From: Heterodontus francisci
Lineage: Eukaryota
Assembly (NCBI RefSeq): GCF_036365525.1
Contig: NC_090374.1
Coordinates: 14,797,168-14,861,167 of the forward strand
Direction of reading: 5' to 3'
DNA length: 64,000 nt
Numbering within the stretch: the stretch's first letter is position 1; each line of letters opens with the position of its first letter. Positions 45,887 through 58,531 of this stretch are shown piece after piece. A program made the translations under genes and the position numbers. Below the pieces are notes generated by a model. That model made no database searches. It was not told where the DNA came from and saw only the letters and a list, made by a program, of their open reading frames with translations.

Positions 45887-48715
45887 TTCACAGAATCACA
45901 GAATCGTTACAGTGCAGAAGGAGGCCATTGTCTCCGCACTGGCTCTCTGAAAGAGCAATTTCCTCAGTTCCATTCCCCTGCCTTCTCTCCATAACCTTGC
46001 ACATTCTTCCTTTTCATATAACTGTCTAATTCCCTTTTGAATGCTTCAATTGAACCTGCCTCCACCACATTCTCAGGCAGTGCATTCCAGACCTTAACCA
46101 CTTGCTGCAGGAAAAAGTTTTTCCTCATGTCACTTTTGCTTCTCTTACCAAATACTTTAAATCTGTGCCTTCTCATTCTCAATCCTTTCATGAGTGGGAA
46201 CAGTTTTTCTCTAGCTACTCTTTCCAGACCCTTCATGATTATGAATACCTCTATCAAATCACCTCTCAGCCTTCTCTTCTCCAAGGAAAACAGTCCTAAC
46301 TTCTCCAATCTATCTTCATAACTGAAATTCCTCATCCCTGGAACCATTCTGGTGAATCTTTTCTGTACTCTCTCCAATGCCCTCACATCTTTCCTCAAGT
46401 GCGGTGCCCAGAATTCAACGCAATACTCCAGCTGAGGACAATCTAGTGTCTTATACAAGTTCAACAAAACTTCCTTGCTCTTGTACTCTATGCCCTTATT
46501 AATAAAGCCCCAGACTCTCAACCTGCCACCTTCAATGACTTATGCACGTATATACCTAGGTCCCTCTGCTCTTGCACCCCCTTTAGAATTGTACCCTTTA
46601 TTCTATATTGCCTCTCCATGTTCTTCCTACCAAAATGAATCACTTCACATTTCTCAGCATTGAACTTCATCTGCCACCTGTCTTCCCCTGCCACCAACTT
46701 ATCTATGTCCTTTTGTAGTTCTACACTATCCTCCTCACAGTTCACAATGTTTTGTATCATCTGCAAACTTTGAAATTGTGCCCTGTACACCAAGGTCTAG
46801 GTCATTAATATACATCAGGAAAAGCAAGGGTCCCAACACTGATCCCTGGGGAACTCCACTACAAACATTCCTGCAGTCCGAAAAACATCCATTAACCACT
46901 GCTCTTTGTTTCCTGTTACTCAGCCAATTCCGTATCCATGTTGTTACTGTCCTGCTTATTCCATGAGCTACAGGTTTGTTCACAAGTCTGTTATGTGGCA
47001 CTGTATCAAACGCATTTTGAAAGTCCATGTACACTACATCAACAGCATTGCCCTCATCAACCCTCTCTGTTACCTCCTCAAAAAACTCGAGCAAATTAGT
47101 TAAACATGATTTTCCATTAAGAAATCCATGCTGGTTTTCCTTAATTAACTCGTATTTGTCCATGTGACTATTGATTTTGTCCCAAATTATTTTTCCTAGA
47201 AGTTTTCCCACCGCTGAAGTCAAACTGGCTGGCCTGTAGTTGCTGGGCTTATCTTTACACCCTTTTTTGAACAAGGGAGTAATGTTTGCAATTCTCCAGA
47301 CCTCTGGCACCACTCTCGAGTATAAGGAAGACTGAAAAATTATGGCCAGTGCCTCTGCGATTTCCACTGTCACTTCCCTCAATATCCTTGGATGCATCTC
47401 ATCTGGTCCTGGTGCTTTATCCTCTTTAAGTACAGACAGCCTATCTAATACTTCCTCATTGTCAATTTTAAACCCTCTAGTATCTGACTTGCCTCCTCTT
47501 TCAACAATGCTTAGGTTGCATCTTCTTCCTTGGTAATGACAGATGCAAATTTAATACCTCAGCTATGCCCTTTAACTCCATGTGTAAATCCCCTTTCTGG
47601 TCCCTAATAGTCCCCACTCCTCCTTTTACCACCCTTTTACTATTTATATTCCTATAGAAAACTTTGGGATTCCCTTTAATGCTAGTTGCCAGTCTCTTTT
47701 CATGCTCTCTCTTTGCTTCTCTTATTTGATTTTTCACTTCCCCTCTGGACATTTTATATTTAGCCTGGTTCTCAATAGTATTTTCTACCTGGCATCTGTC
47801 ACAAGCACACTTTTTCTTCTTTATATTAATCTTTACCTCTTTTGTCATCCAGGGAGCTCTGGATTTGTTTGCCCTACTTTTCCCCATTGTCATCGACCGG
47901 TTTTCCTCCCAGCTTTTAACTCTAATTTATTCGCCCAACTCCATTCTTCTCCCATTGAAGTTGATTATTCTTACTCTGGATTGCTGTTTGTCCTTTTCCA
48001 TAGTCAGCCTAAACCTTATGATCCAATGATCACTATCCCCTAAATGCTCTCCTACTGATACTTGATCCAATCGGCCCACCTCATTCCCAAGAACCAGGTC
48101 TAGCAGTGCCTCCTTTCTTGTTGGACTAGCAACATACTGTTGTAAAACATTTTCGTGAACACACTCTAGGAACTCTTGCCCGTCACTGACCTTTACACTC
48201 CTATTATCCCAGTCTATGTTTGGATAATTAAAGACCCCCATTATAACTACCCGATAATTTTTGCAGCTCACTGGAATTTTCTTGCAAATTTGTTCCTCCA
48301 CGTCCTTCCCACTAGCTGGTGGCCTGTAGATAACACTGAGCAATGTAACTGTATCTTTTTTCTTCCTTAGCTCTAGCCAAATTGATTTTGTCCTCGACCC
48401 CTCTGGGACATCCTTTTTCTCCAGCACTGCAACAGTTTCCTTCAACAATACCGCCACTCCTCCCCCTTTTTCCCTTTCTTACCTTTCCTGAACACCTTGT
48501 ATCCAGGAATATTCAACACCCAGTCCAGCCCTTCTTTGAGCCTGGTCTCTGTTCAAGCCTCAACATCACATTTCCACAAGGCAATCTGCACCTGTACCTC
48601 ACTGGTCTTATTACCCACAGTCCATGCATTCACATACATGCACATTAACCCTGATTCAAACTTTATTACTTTCTCCCTTACGCTGACCCCACCTAATAAT
48701 TTACTATTCCCGACT
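45887..48715 (-). mobile_element. CR1 LINE ORF2 and 3' end, decayed
   Basis: ORFs 47927..48457 (YRPP, SDH), 46735..47397 (RT, FADD), 45964..46521; (ttctgtga)n tail. Confidence 0.9.
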
Positions 48716-49612
48716 CCGAGTCGTGGATAGTGATGAGGATTGTCAGAGGATACAGCAGGATAGAGATCGGTTGGAGACTTGGGCGGAGAAATGGCAGATG
48801 GAGTTTAATCCGGACAAATGTGAGGTAATGCATTTTGGAAGATCTGATACAGGTGGGAAGTATACAGTAAATGGCAGAACCCTCAGGAGTATTGACAGGC
48901 AGAGAGATCTGGGCGTACAGGTCCACAGATCACTGAAAGTAGCAACGCAGGTGGATAAGGTAATCAAGAAGGCATACGGCATGCTTGCTTTCATCGGTCG
49001 GGGCATAGAGTATAAAAATTGGCAAGTCATGCTGCAGCTGTACAGAACCTTAGTTAGGCCACACTAGGAATATTGCGTACAATTCTGGTCACCACACTAC
49101 CAGAAGGAAGTGGAGGCTTTGGAGATGGTACAGAAGAGGTTTACCAGGATGTTGCCTGGTCTGGAGGGCATTAGCTATGAGGAGAGGCTGGATAAACACG
49201 GATTGTTTTCACTGGAATGACGGAGGTGGAGGGGCGACATGATAGAGGTTTACAAAGTTATGAGTGGCATGGACAGAGTGGACAGTCAGAAGCTTTTTCC
49301 CAGGGTGGAAGAGTCAGTTACTAGGGGACATAGGTTTAAGGTGCGAGGTGCAAAGTTTAGAGGGAATGTGCGAGGCAAGTTCTTTACACAGAGGGTGGTG
49401 AGTGCCTGGAACTTGCTGCCAGGGGAGGTGGTGGAAGCAGATACGATAGCGACGTTTAAGAGGCGTCTTGACAAATACATAAATAGGATGGGAATAGAGG
49501 GATACGGTCCCCGGAAGAGCAGAAGGTTTTAGTTTAGGCAGGCATCAAGATCAGCGCAGGCTTGGAGGGCCGAATGGCCTGTTCCTGTGCTGTACTGTTC
49601 TTTGTTTTTTGT
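48716..49612 (+). mobile_element. 5'-truncated CR1 nested in another CR1
   Basis: ORFs 48723..49067 and 49239..49532; tail ttctttgttttttgt. Confidence 0.85.
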
Positions 49613-50460
49613 ACTCTTGTTCTATCTATCTCCCCCAGTATTCTGTGCTCCTTGGTTTTCCTCTCTGATACTTGCTCCTGGTTCACACACCCCTGACAAG
49701 TTACCAGTTTTGCTTCCCTGCAATCTGAGCTCCCTCTCAGGTTCCCACCCCCTGACAATTTAGTTTAAACCTTCCCCCAACAGCACTGGCAAATCTCCCT
49801 GCAAGGATATTCGTCCGTCTTGCTCAGATGCAACCCGTCCATCTTGTACAGGTCCCACCTGCCCCAGAACAGGTCCCAATGCCTCAGAAATCTGATGCGT
49901 TCCCTTCTACACCAGTTCTTCAGCCACATGTTCAATTGCTCAATTCTACTATTCCTCTGCTCACTTGCATATGGGACTGGGAGTAATCCTGAGATTACTG
50001 CTTTTGAGGTCCTGCTTTTTAGTCTCCTTCCTAGCTCCCTAAAATCTGCTTTCAGGACCTCATCCCCCTTCTTAACTATGTCATTGGTACCAATGTGGAC
50101 CACGGCCTCTGGCTGTTCACCCTCCCCCAGAAGAATGTCCTGCAGCCGCTCCGTGACATCCTTGACCCTAACACCAGGGGAGGCAACACACCACCCTGGA
50201 GTCATGTTTACTGCCATAGAAACGCCTCTCTGTTCCCCTAACTAATGAATCCCCTATCACTACTGCTCTTCCACTCTTCGTCCCCCCATTCTGTGCAGCT
50301 GAGCCACCTGTGATGCCACAAACTTGGATCTGACTGCCACTCCTCTGAGGAATCATCACCCTCACTAGTATCCAAAATGGAAAACCGATTAGCGAGTGAG
50401 ATCATATCAGGGGACTCCTGCACTACCTGCCTGGTTCTCTTAGATTGCCTGGCGGTCACT
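49613..50460 (-). mobile_element. CR1 ORF1 esterase region (continuation of 45887-48715)
   Basis: IGDSLVRG, HIGTND, DGLH (49765..50365). Confidence 0.8.
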
Positions 50461-51688
50461 CATTCTTTGGGGTATGGGGTTACTCTCCCTTTGGACACAA
50501 TATCCTGATAACATTCAGGGATCTCGTTACATTTTCCTGTACCCAGAGCAGACTGTTTCCTGGGACTTACTGCTGTTGCAATTAAAGCCACAGCCTGCTC
50601 TGCTGTGCTTTCCATCAGGGTCCCTTTTCCAGCACTGGGCAGGTGTGCCCTGATTAACCTTATAGGCTTTCCCCTAAGCTGCAACTGGACTCGCTCTGTG
50701 CACTTTTTGTTCCTCCACATGGGTCTTTATAGAAAGAGGGAGAGAGTTTTTCAATTCCTCAAGTAGAATCAACTCTCTGAGGTTTTCATACGTGGGCTGC
50801 ACTTTAAGGGCCCTTAACCACTGGCCAAAAAACAGCTCCTTACTGCTTTCAAACTCGAGGTAAGTTTGATCAGCTTGTTACCGGAGGGTTCGGAATTTCT
50901 GGCAGTACGCTTCTGGTACTAGCTCATATGCCCCAATGATAGCATTTTTAGTCAATTCATAATTTAATGAACCAGCAACAGTGAATAAACCTTTTCCTGT
51001 TAGCTTGCTTTGTCGCTGGAGGATCCAGCTCTTGGCCGGCCATTTCAACTGTCTCGCAAGCTTTTCAAAAGTTACAAAAATGCTTCCACATCCCCCTCAT
51101 TGAAACTTGGGATCAATTGGGAGAACTTTATGAGCTCAGCACATGGTCCTGAGTTAAGTGCAGTCTCCATATTGGCCATGCTTTCACTGGCCCCACACTG
51201 CCCCACCCCACCCCACCCCCAGCTAATTCAAGCCGCCGTAACTCCCTATCTTGCTGCTCCTTCTGGAAAATTCTCTCTCTTTCTTCCTGTCTTCCAATTC
51301 ATGTTTCCTTTGTTCGAATTGTGTCCTAGCTAACATTACCTTGTCTGAGTCTGACTCCAACCCTGTCTCCGAATCTTCAGGTTCGAGTGAAAAATGGTTG
51401 GCCACAAGTCTTAGGATGTCGGATTTCTTACCTCTTGCACGGAAAGTAATCCCAAACTGCCCAGCCACATTTTTCAACTTTTCCACTTATAGGGCCTTTA
51501 TCTTATCCCAAGTTACTTCATCCTGGCTTGGGAAAGTACTGGCCTCGGATGCGGAGATGTTAGTATTCTAGCAACACAAACCACAAGAAAACCTGTATTG
51601 ATTTTTTTTTTGTTGGGATCAATTTGGTTTCTCACTTCCAATTTCTCGTTTGTCTGTGTACAATGCCAGACTAGAGCCCCCAAATTTC
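50461..51688 (-). mobile_element. Gypsy element A gag region and PBS
   Basis: ORF 51223..51486 is homologous to 4924..5199; PBS tttgggggctctag directly after the LTR. Confidence 0.75.
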
Positions 51689-52885
51689 TGTTACGACCAG
51701 GTGAGGAAGGGGTCTCAGACTCCCCTTTTGCCCCTTCTCTGGGTTGACCACAGCAGGGTTTATCTTTTTTAACAGAGATTTAACTTACCACCTCAGTGAG
51801 CGCTTACTCCTGTTCCTCTAATATATTTGCAAATGAACCAATCAGACAGGTTTTCTTTCTTGAGTTTAAACAAGAAAGATGTAAGTTTATTAACCTTATC
51901 ACTCTAAACCGGTTAAAATTACTAAAATACGCTATGCATCCATACCCACNNNNNNNNNNNNNNNNNNNNNNNNNNNNNNNNNNNNNNNNNNNNNNNNNNN
52001 NNNNNNNNNNNNNNNNNNNNNNNNNNNNNNNNNNNNNNNNNNNNNNNNNNNNNNNNNNNNNNNNNNNNNNNNNNNNNNNNNNNNNNNNNNNNNNNNNNNN
52101 NNNNNNNNNNNNNNNNNNNNNNNNNNNNNNNNNNNNNAAGCAGAGTTGGGAGGTTGGAATCGAGTCCTTTATAAATGGAATGTAAATACTGAGTCTCAGT
52201 CCCAGAGTTTTTAGTTGAAATTGCAGTCCTGAAGATCTCGCTGGGCCATGTGCACGGGTCAGGCTGGTTACTCAGGTTCTGGAAGGCAGGAGAGAGACTT
52301 TATCCTTGTCCCCCGGTTGCTGACTGTAAGGATCTGTAGACTTGTCTTCCACCAGACGCAGATTGAGGCTTCTCAGGATCTCTACTAGAGAGAGAGAGAG
52401 AGACAGAGATGCTGTTCCCTTGCTGGATCCCAGTGACTGTCTGACTTCTGAGTCACCAATCACAAATCTCTTGAGTGGGCCAAGCAGTCATGTGATGTGA
52501 CCACCACTTTATGTCTGAATCAGCATCTTCCGGAATGATCTTTGAAATTCAGGGCTCTCCTCCTAGCTGTTCAGACATACTTGGCAGGGGAGATTTGACT
52601 CTTTCAATGTCAATGGGTGTCGATGGCTTTTGATGACCCCTCATTGATAAGGTCATCCCAGATAAGTGAATCAGAGAGCACCCCATTGTTCTGACTAGGC
52701 TGAGTAATCATATCTGTCTCCAGACTGATTCTTTGGTATTTCATATGCAAATTGTGCTTGGCCATCTGGGCTGCTAGCTGTTCAGTTTTTAAAAGTTATT
52801 TGTAACAATGTCCAGTACAAGTCTCAGGCCAAGTTCCATGCGATAAAACTAATATTTCCATTTGGCATGTGGGATTTCCATCACA
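51689..52885 (-). mobile_element. 5' LTR of Gypsy element A (spans the assembly gap)
   Basis: TGTTACGACC…CCATCACA; pairs with 44650-45702. Confidence 0.85.
51950..52137. other. Assembly gap (188 N)
   Basis: N run. Confidence 1.
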
Positions 52886-53458
52886 GGGTTTTCAAATCTT
52901 CAATACTTAATCAATTTAACTTATCATGTGACATGTCTCCCTGCTCTTCTGCATGAAATGCGTCCTTTTGTTTCTCGCACCCGAGAAAAGAAATGAATGA
53001 TATGAGAAAACCTGTTTGTTCAATTTTCACAGTTTTAGAGATCCATTTTCCTCCCATTTCCAAATATTTTATTTAAGCAGTTCAGAATCCCAGCTTTGAG
53101 CCCCCATTTTGGTATGGACAGGTGGTAACTTGTGTGGGTGGCTTCCAATTTTCACCTCCCAACTGATTGCGATTGTGTTTTGTTAAAAATGGTGCATTTT
53201 TAGGGCCAAATAAACTGACAAACGATAGTTTTCTTGTAGGTTAAAAAAACACCTATTTTCTTTGGAACAATTCCTGAAATGGTCGCAACCTTCACCCACT
53301 CGCACATTCACACATACACAAGAATAGATAGAGAGAAAAAGGTCGGATGCATTTAAAGTCCAAGGTAATATAAAACTTTGTGGATTACAGAATGCTGTTG
53401 AATCATCTGGGGAGAAAAGTCTTCTTTTAAAGGTACAGGCCTGGTTGTCTGCTTGCTC

Positions 53459-53774
53459 TTTATTTATTTATTTAGAGATACAGCACTGAAACAGGCCCTT
53501 CGACCCACCGAGTCTGTGCTGACCGACAACCACCCATTTTATACTAATCCTACATTATCCCCATATTCCCTACCACATCCCCACCATTCTCCTACCACCT
53601 ACCTACACTAGGGGCAATTTACCTATCAACCTGCAAGTCTTTGGCTGCGAGAGGAAACCGGAGCACCCGGCGGAAACCCACAGGGAGAACTTGCAAACTC
53701 CGCACAGGCAGTTCCCAGAACTGAACCTGGGTCGCTGGAGCTGTGAGGCTGCGGTGCTAACCACTGCACCACCC
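53459..53774 (-). mobile_element. V-SINE (HE1-like), with small deletions
   Basis: Same family as 274-620. Confidence 0.85.
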
Positions 53775-53799
53775 TAAATGAACTTAATTCAATTAATTA

Positions 53800-53915
53800 A
53801 TTAATTGAATTTAAATTCCACCAGCTGCCATGTTGGGATTTGAACCCATGTCCCCAGGACATTAGCCTGGACCTCTGGATTGCTAGTCCAGTGACATTAC
53901 CACTACGCCACCATC
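53800..53915 (-). mobile_element. Head of a second tRNA-derived SINE family
   Basis: Reverse strand ggtggcgtagtggtaatg…gggttcaaatccc (A/B boxes); homologous to 57440-57550. Confidence 0.6.
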
Positions 53916-54627
53916 TCTCCATTTTTTCTCTCCATCTTGCTGAGGTGTTGTACAGTTCTATTGGTTAAAACTCAGCCCAAGGTTGGTGGTGTGAATTTGG
54001 TTTACCTTCACAGATGGAGAGTCTTAAAGTCACTTTGTAATTTCTCTGCTGTAATGGTTGTTCAGTTCTTGCTCAGCAGGGTTCTGCTTAGCTGGATCTC
54101 TCTCTCAGCCTCTGGCTGGAAACTGGCTTTCGGTGGTCTTGTCTGGATCTTCCTCTCTCTCCAGAGGGCTACCAATTAAGGTCAAAATCCATCACATTTG
54201 ACTTTCTGTTAGGTGGTGCATGGCCCTGTTCCCTGGTGTGAGCACACAATGGACCAGGATGTAGAAACCATGGCTATCTATTGACGTCTGAATGGGAATC
54301 ATTCTGTTATAATGATGCTACTTAACTCATTCATTTTGGTTTGGGCTGTGAGTCAGTCTGTCTTCTGAACCTTTTGTTAGTTCATGCAGGTAGATAGGAG
54401 TCATCAATATGCAATGGGTTCTCCCAGAGCTATTTCAGATGAAGTTAACAAGTTTAACCCTCCACAGACGGAACTGTGTATTGTCAACACAAGAGGGGGT
54501 TCACGTGATCACTACTCCATATTGTCTGTGCAATAATTGTCCTTGTTCTTGTGGTTCAGTGTAAAAGTTGACTTTTTATTTTCATAATTCCTCCAATTCA
54601 TTGTTTATTTCAACACAGCTCCTTCCA

Positions 54628-54995
54628 AGCATGTGAGGAGAGACTGAAGAAGCTGGCATTGTCCCCTTAGAGCAGAGAAGGTTGAGGGAGATTTAGTCGA
54701 GGGGTTTAAAAACATTGAGGAGTTTTGATAGCGTAAATCATGAGAAACTGTTTCCATTGGCAGGAGGGTGATATTTTCTTACAGAGTGAGTTCAGATGAT
54801 CTGGAATGCAGTGACTGAAAGGCTGGTGGAAACAGATTCAATACCAACCATCAAAAGGGAATTGGATAAATACTTGAAGGGTAAATATTGCAGAACCATG
54901 GAGAAAGAGTAAAGGTGTGGGACGAATTAGATATCTCTCTCAAAGAACCAGCACAGGCATGATGGGGGAATGGCCTCCTGTGCTGTTTGATTTTA
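54628..54995 (+). mobile_element. CR1 3' fragment
   Basis: Similar to the CR1 3' ends elsewhere (agagaaggttgaggggagatt…ggcctcctgtgctgt). Confidence 0.7.
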
Positions 54996-55674
54996 TTTAT
55001 AAAATAATGGATAGCTGGAAGTGAATTACAGCCTAGAATCTAATCGAGAGTTCTGGGGATTGAAAATCCTGTCCTGTTGCACTGACAGTGGGATATTGCT
55101 CATCAGACACAGCGCTCTCTGATGACCTCAGGATTTAATACAGGATCAGCTCATTTACATACGGAACAACAAATAATATAATGGAGGTGTTTTAGATGAT
55201 GGAAGTATTTAACAATTTCCTCTGGTGGGGGAATTACAGAACAAGGGAGCATAACCTTAGATTTATAGTTAGGCTGTTCAAGGGTTATGTCAGTAAGAAC
55301 TTCACACAAAGGGTGACGAGACATTTCCTGCGACACTTGCTGAGACATTTGTTAATAAGACCTGCCTGTTTGAAGTCTGTGCCATGAAATTTATTCATGT
55401 AGTGTTGCCTCTTGTGGTGCTCTGCAGGCTGCCCTTGCTTCCCGGAGACAGGCAGTCCCACAGGTCACTACCTGTGTGACCCCATGCCCCGTTCTTCATT
55501 GATATGTGCGCAAGCAGCAGCATCCCCTGCCAGGGCCTGAACACGTTGAATTGGCACCATCCTGAAGACAACTGGCTGATGTAACGTCAGGATTCCAAAT
55601 TTGAACAGCCCAGATCCTGGTAACGCTGAATTGTCCACTCCTGAGCAAAGAAGCAAGATGGACTCTACAGCAGC

Positions 55675-55895
55675 TCCCCTGCTCTGCTTCAAGTAGTGCA
55701 GTGGGATCTTTTACATCCACCTGAGAGCAGACAGGGCCTCGAGTTAACGTCTCACCCGAAAGACAGGACCTCCAACAGTGTAGCACTGCCTGAGTACTGG
55801 ACTGGAGTGATTTTGTGCTGAAGCCTCTGGAATGGGCATTGAACAGACAGCTTTCTGATTGCAAAGTGAGAGTGCTACACACTAAGCCACAGCTC
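55675..55895 (-). mobile_element. Deu-domain SINE fragment
   Basis: Reverse strand: tRNA-like head, then gagacgttaactcgaggccctgtctgctctcaggtggatgtaaaagatccc (Deu core). Confidence 0.7.
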
Positions 55896-55899
55896 TCAC

Positions 55900-57000
55900 T
55901 ATAAAGGGTTAGCATAACTTCCCTGCTTTTGTAATCTATGTCACTATTTATAAAGCCCAGGATCCCATATAATTTTTAAAGACCATTATCCACTTCTCCT
56001 GCCACTAAGACAGATTTTTATATAGAAATGCCCAAGTCTCTTGTCCGAGCTGGAAGTGAATTACAGCCTAGAATCTAATCGAGAGTTTTGGGGACTGAAA
56101 ATCCTGTCCTGTTGCACTGACAGTGGGACATTGCTGTTCAGACACAGCGCTCTCTACAGCCTCTTTAAAATTGTATTTTTTGTTATATTGCCTCTCCTCA
56201 TTCTTCCTTCCAAAATGCATTATTGCACACTTCTCGGAATTAAATTTCATCTGCCATGTGTCTACCCATTTTACCAGTCTGTTTATGTCCTCCTGAATTC
56301 TTTACCATTCCCCTCATTTCTTTGTTTCGTGTCATCTGCAAACTTTGAAATTATGCCTTGTATACCAAAGTCCAGGTTATTACTTCATCAAAGAACTCAA
56401 TCAAGTTGTCAGAAATTATTTGCCTTTAACAGATCTGTGCTGGCTGACATTTGTTAACCCATATTTTTCTAAGTGACAACTAGTTTTGTCTTAGATTATT
56501 GTCTGGAATAGTTTCTCCCCCACCCCACAGCCCCCAATCTACCCACTGACATTAGGCTGACTGGCCTGTAGTTATTAGGTTTATCCCTCTCCTCCTTTTT
56601 GAACAGGGGTGTAACATTTACAACCTGCCAGCCCTCTGGCATCACTCCCATATTGAAAGAGGATTGGACGATTGTAGCCACAGCTTCTGCTATTTCCATC
56701 CTTATCCCTCAGGAATCTAGGATGCTTCCCACATCTGGTCTGGGTGACTTTTCTACTTTGGACACTGCTAACCTTTCAAGTACTTCCTCTTTATCTCGTT
56801 TCTCCGAGTCAATTTCTCTACTACCTCCTCCATTACTGTGACACCGGCAGCTTCCTCCTATTTTGGGGAGAAATGTTCATTCAGTACCTCAGCCATGCCC
56901 TCTGCCTCCACACCATTTATTTTCTGGTCCCTAATCACCAGAACCTTTCCTCTGACTATCCATCTACTATGTTTAGAAAGGACTTTAGTGTTCCAGATGT
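55900..57000 (-). mobile_element. Old CR1 ORF2 fragments (continue at ~57820-58100)
   Basis: ORFs 56496..56699 (PLFKK..NYRPVSL) and 56068..56250 (FNSEKC..HFGRKN). Confidence 0.7.
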
Positions 57001-57004
57001 TTAT

Positions 57005-57435
57005 GCTTGTTGGAGGCCAATCATCTCAGGCCCAGATGCAGGAGATCCTCAGAGTAGTGTACCAGGTCCAACCATCTTCAGCTGCTTCATCAATGACCTT
57101 CTCTCCATCATAAGCTCTGAAGTGGGGATGATCCCTGATGATTGTGCAATGTTCAGCACCTTTTGTGACTCCTCAGAATCTGAAGCAGTTCAAGCCTGCA
57201 TGTAGCAAGACATGGACAACATTCAGGCTTGGGCTGATAAGTGGAAAGTAACATTCGCACCACAGAATTGCCAGGCAATGACCATCTCCAACAAGAGAGA
57301 ATCTAACCATCAGCCCTTGACATTCTACAGCATTACCATCGTTGAATACTCCACCATCAACATCCTGGAGGGATTCAGAAGAAACTTAACTGGACCAGCC
57401 ATATAAATACTATGGCTACAAGAATAGATCAGAGA
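57005..57435 (+). mobile_element. CR1/L2-clade family B RT fragment
   Basis: PQSSVPGPTIFSCFINDL, WADKWKVTF. Confidence 0.75.
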
Positions 57436-57439
57436 TTGA

Positions 57440-57800
57440 GGGTGACAGTGGTTCAGTGGTGCTGTCACTGATGTAATAATCTAGAAGCCCAGGCTAATTC
57501 CCCTGGGGCATGTGTTCAAATCCCACCATAGCAGCTGGTGGAATTTAATTTCAAATAATTGAAAAGAATCTCAAAATAATTGCCACTTTCAAGAATGGTG
57601 CCATAAAACTATTATCACTTGCCATTAACAAAAACATTTGGTTCACTAATGTCCTTGTCTGGCCTATAGGTGACTGCAAACCCACAGCAATGTGGTTGAC
57701 TCTGAACTGCCCTCTGAAATAGCCCAGCAAGTCACTCAATTGTCTGGGGCAATTAGGGATGGGGAACAAATGCTGGCCTTGCCAGTGATGCCCACAGGAA
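57440..57800 (+). mobile_element. tRNA-derived SINE with a family-B LINE tail
   Basis: A/B-box-like head (gtggttcagtggt…gttcaaatccc); 3' end gggcaattagggatggg..aaatgctggcct.gccagtga.gcccaca matches the LINE 3' end at 41702-41752. Confidence 0.7.
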
Positions 57801-58130
57801 TTTAAAAAAAACTTTATGTTACCCACTTATATTTTCTCATACATTCTCTTTGTCTTCTTTCCTTTTTCAGGTCTCCCAAACACTTTCAGTACTGACTCTC
57901 TTGGTATAATGAATCAGACATTGATCATAAACCTTCTTTTCCTGTCCCATTTTAAACTCAATATCTTTAGTCATCCAAGAAGCTGTAGTATTGGATGTTC
58001 TTCCTTTCGCCATCCTAGGAATGTTTTTAGCCTGTACCTGAAATATCTCCTCATTAAAGGCCCCCATTGCTCACATTCTGTTTCACCTGTCTATCTTGGT
58101 TTTGAACCCATCAACTATAAACCATCTGAA

Positions 58131-58369
58131 CCCCTCTGTTATATTCCAGCCTGTAACTCACTGTTATTTATCCATTATTTAATGTACAAACTACCCAAAC
58201 CCCTCTGTTATATTCCAGCCTGTAACTCACTGTTATTTATCCATTATTCTATGTATAAACTACCCAAACCCCTCTGTTATATTCCAGCCTGTAACTCACT
58301 GTTATTTATCCATTATTCTATGTATAAACTACCCAAACCCCTCTGTTATATTCTAGCCTGTAACTCACT
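58131..58369. repeat. 69-bp minisatellite, ~3.5 copies
   Basis: cccctctgttatattccagcctgtaactcact… starts at 58131, 58200, 58269, 58338. Confidence 0.95.
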
Positions 58370-58531
58370 CGTGTCTGATGTCTGTGTATAAACCATCCCA
58401 ATCTGACCATATGATGTTATATCTGCTGTCACTAGATCACAATCAGTATATTATCTCACAGTTTGATTTTGAAACAGTATTCTCTGTCCCTGTGCTGTTT
58501 TAATATTCTCGCTCTCTCTCTCTCTCCACAG

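Larger units (their letters stand above)
52886..54615 (-). mobile_element. Gypsy element B 5' part: gag start, PBS (~53098-53110), LTR (~53111-54615)
   Basis: Reverse strand aatgggggctc PBS; LTR end similar to 27725-27850; interrupted by SINEs at 53459-53915. Confidence 0.6.

Noticed and set aside
57816-58391. 191-aa ORF with a repeated Cys-containing peptide
   Set aside because: Translation of the 69-bp minisatellite plus antisense CR1
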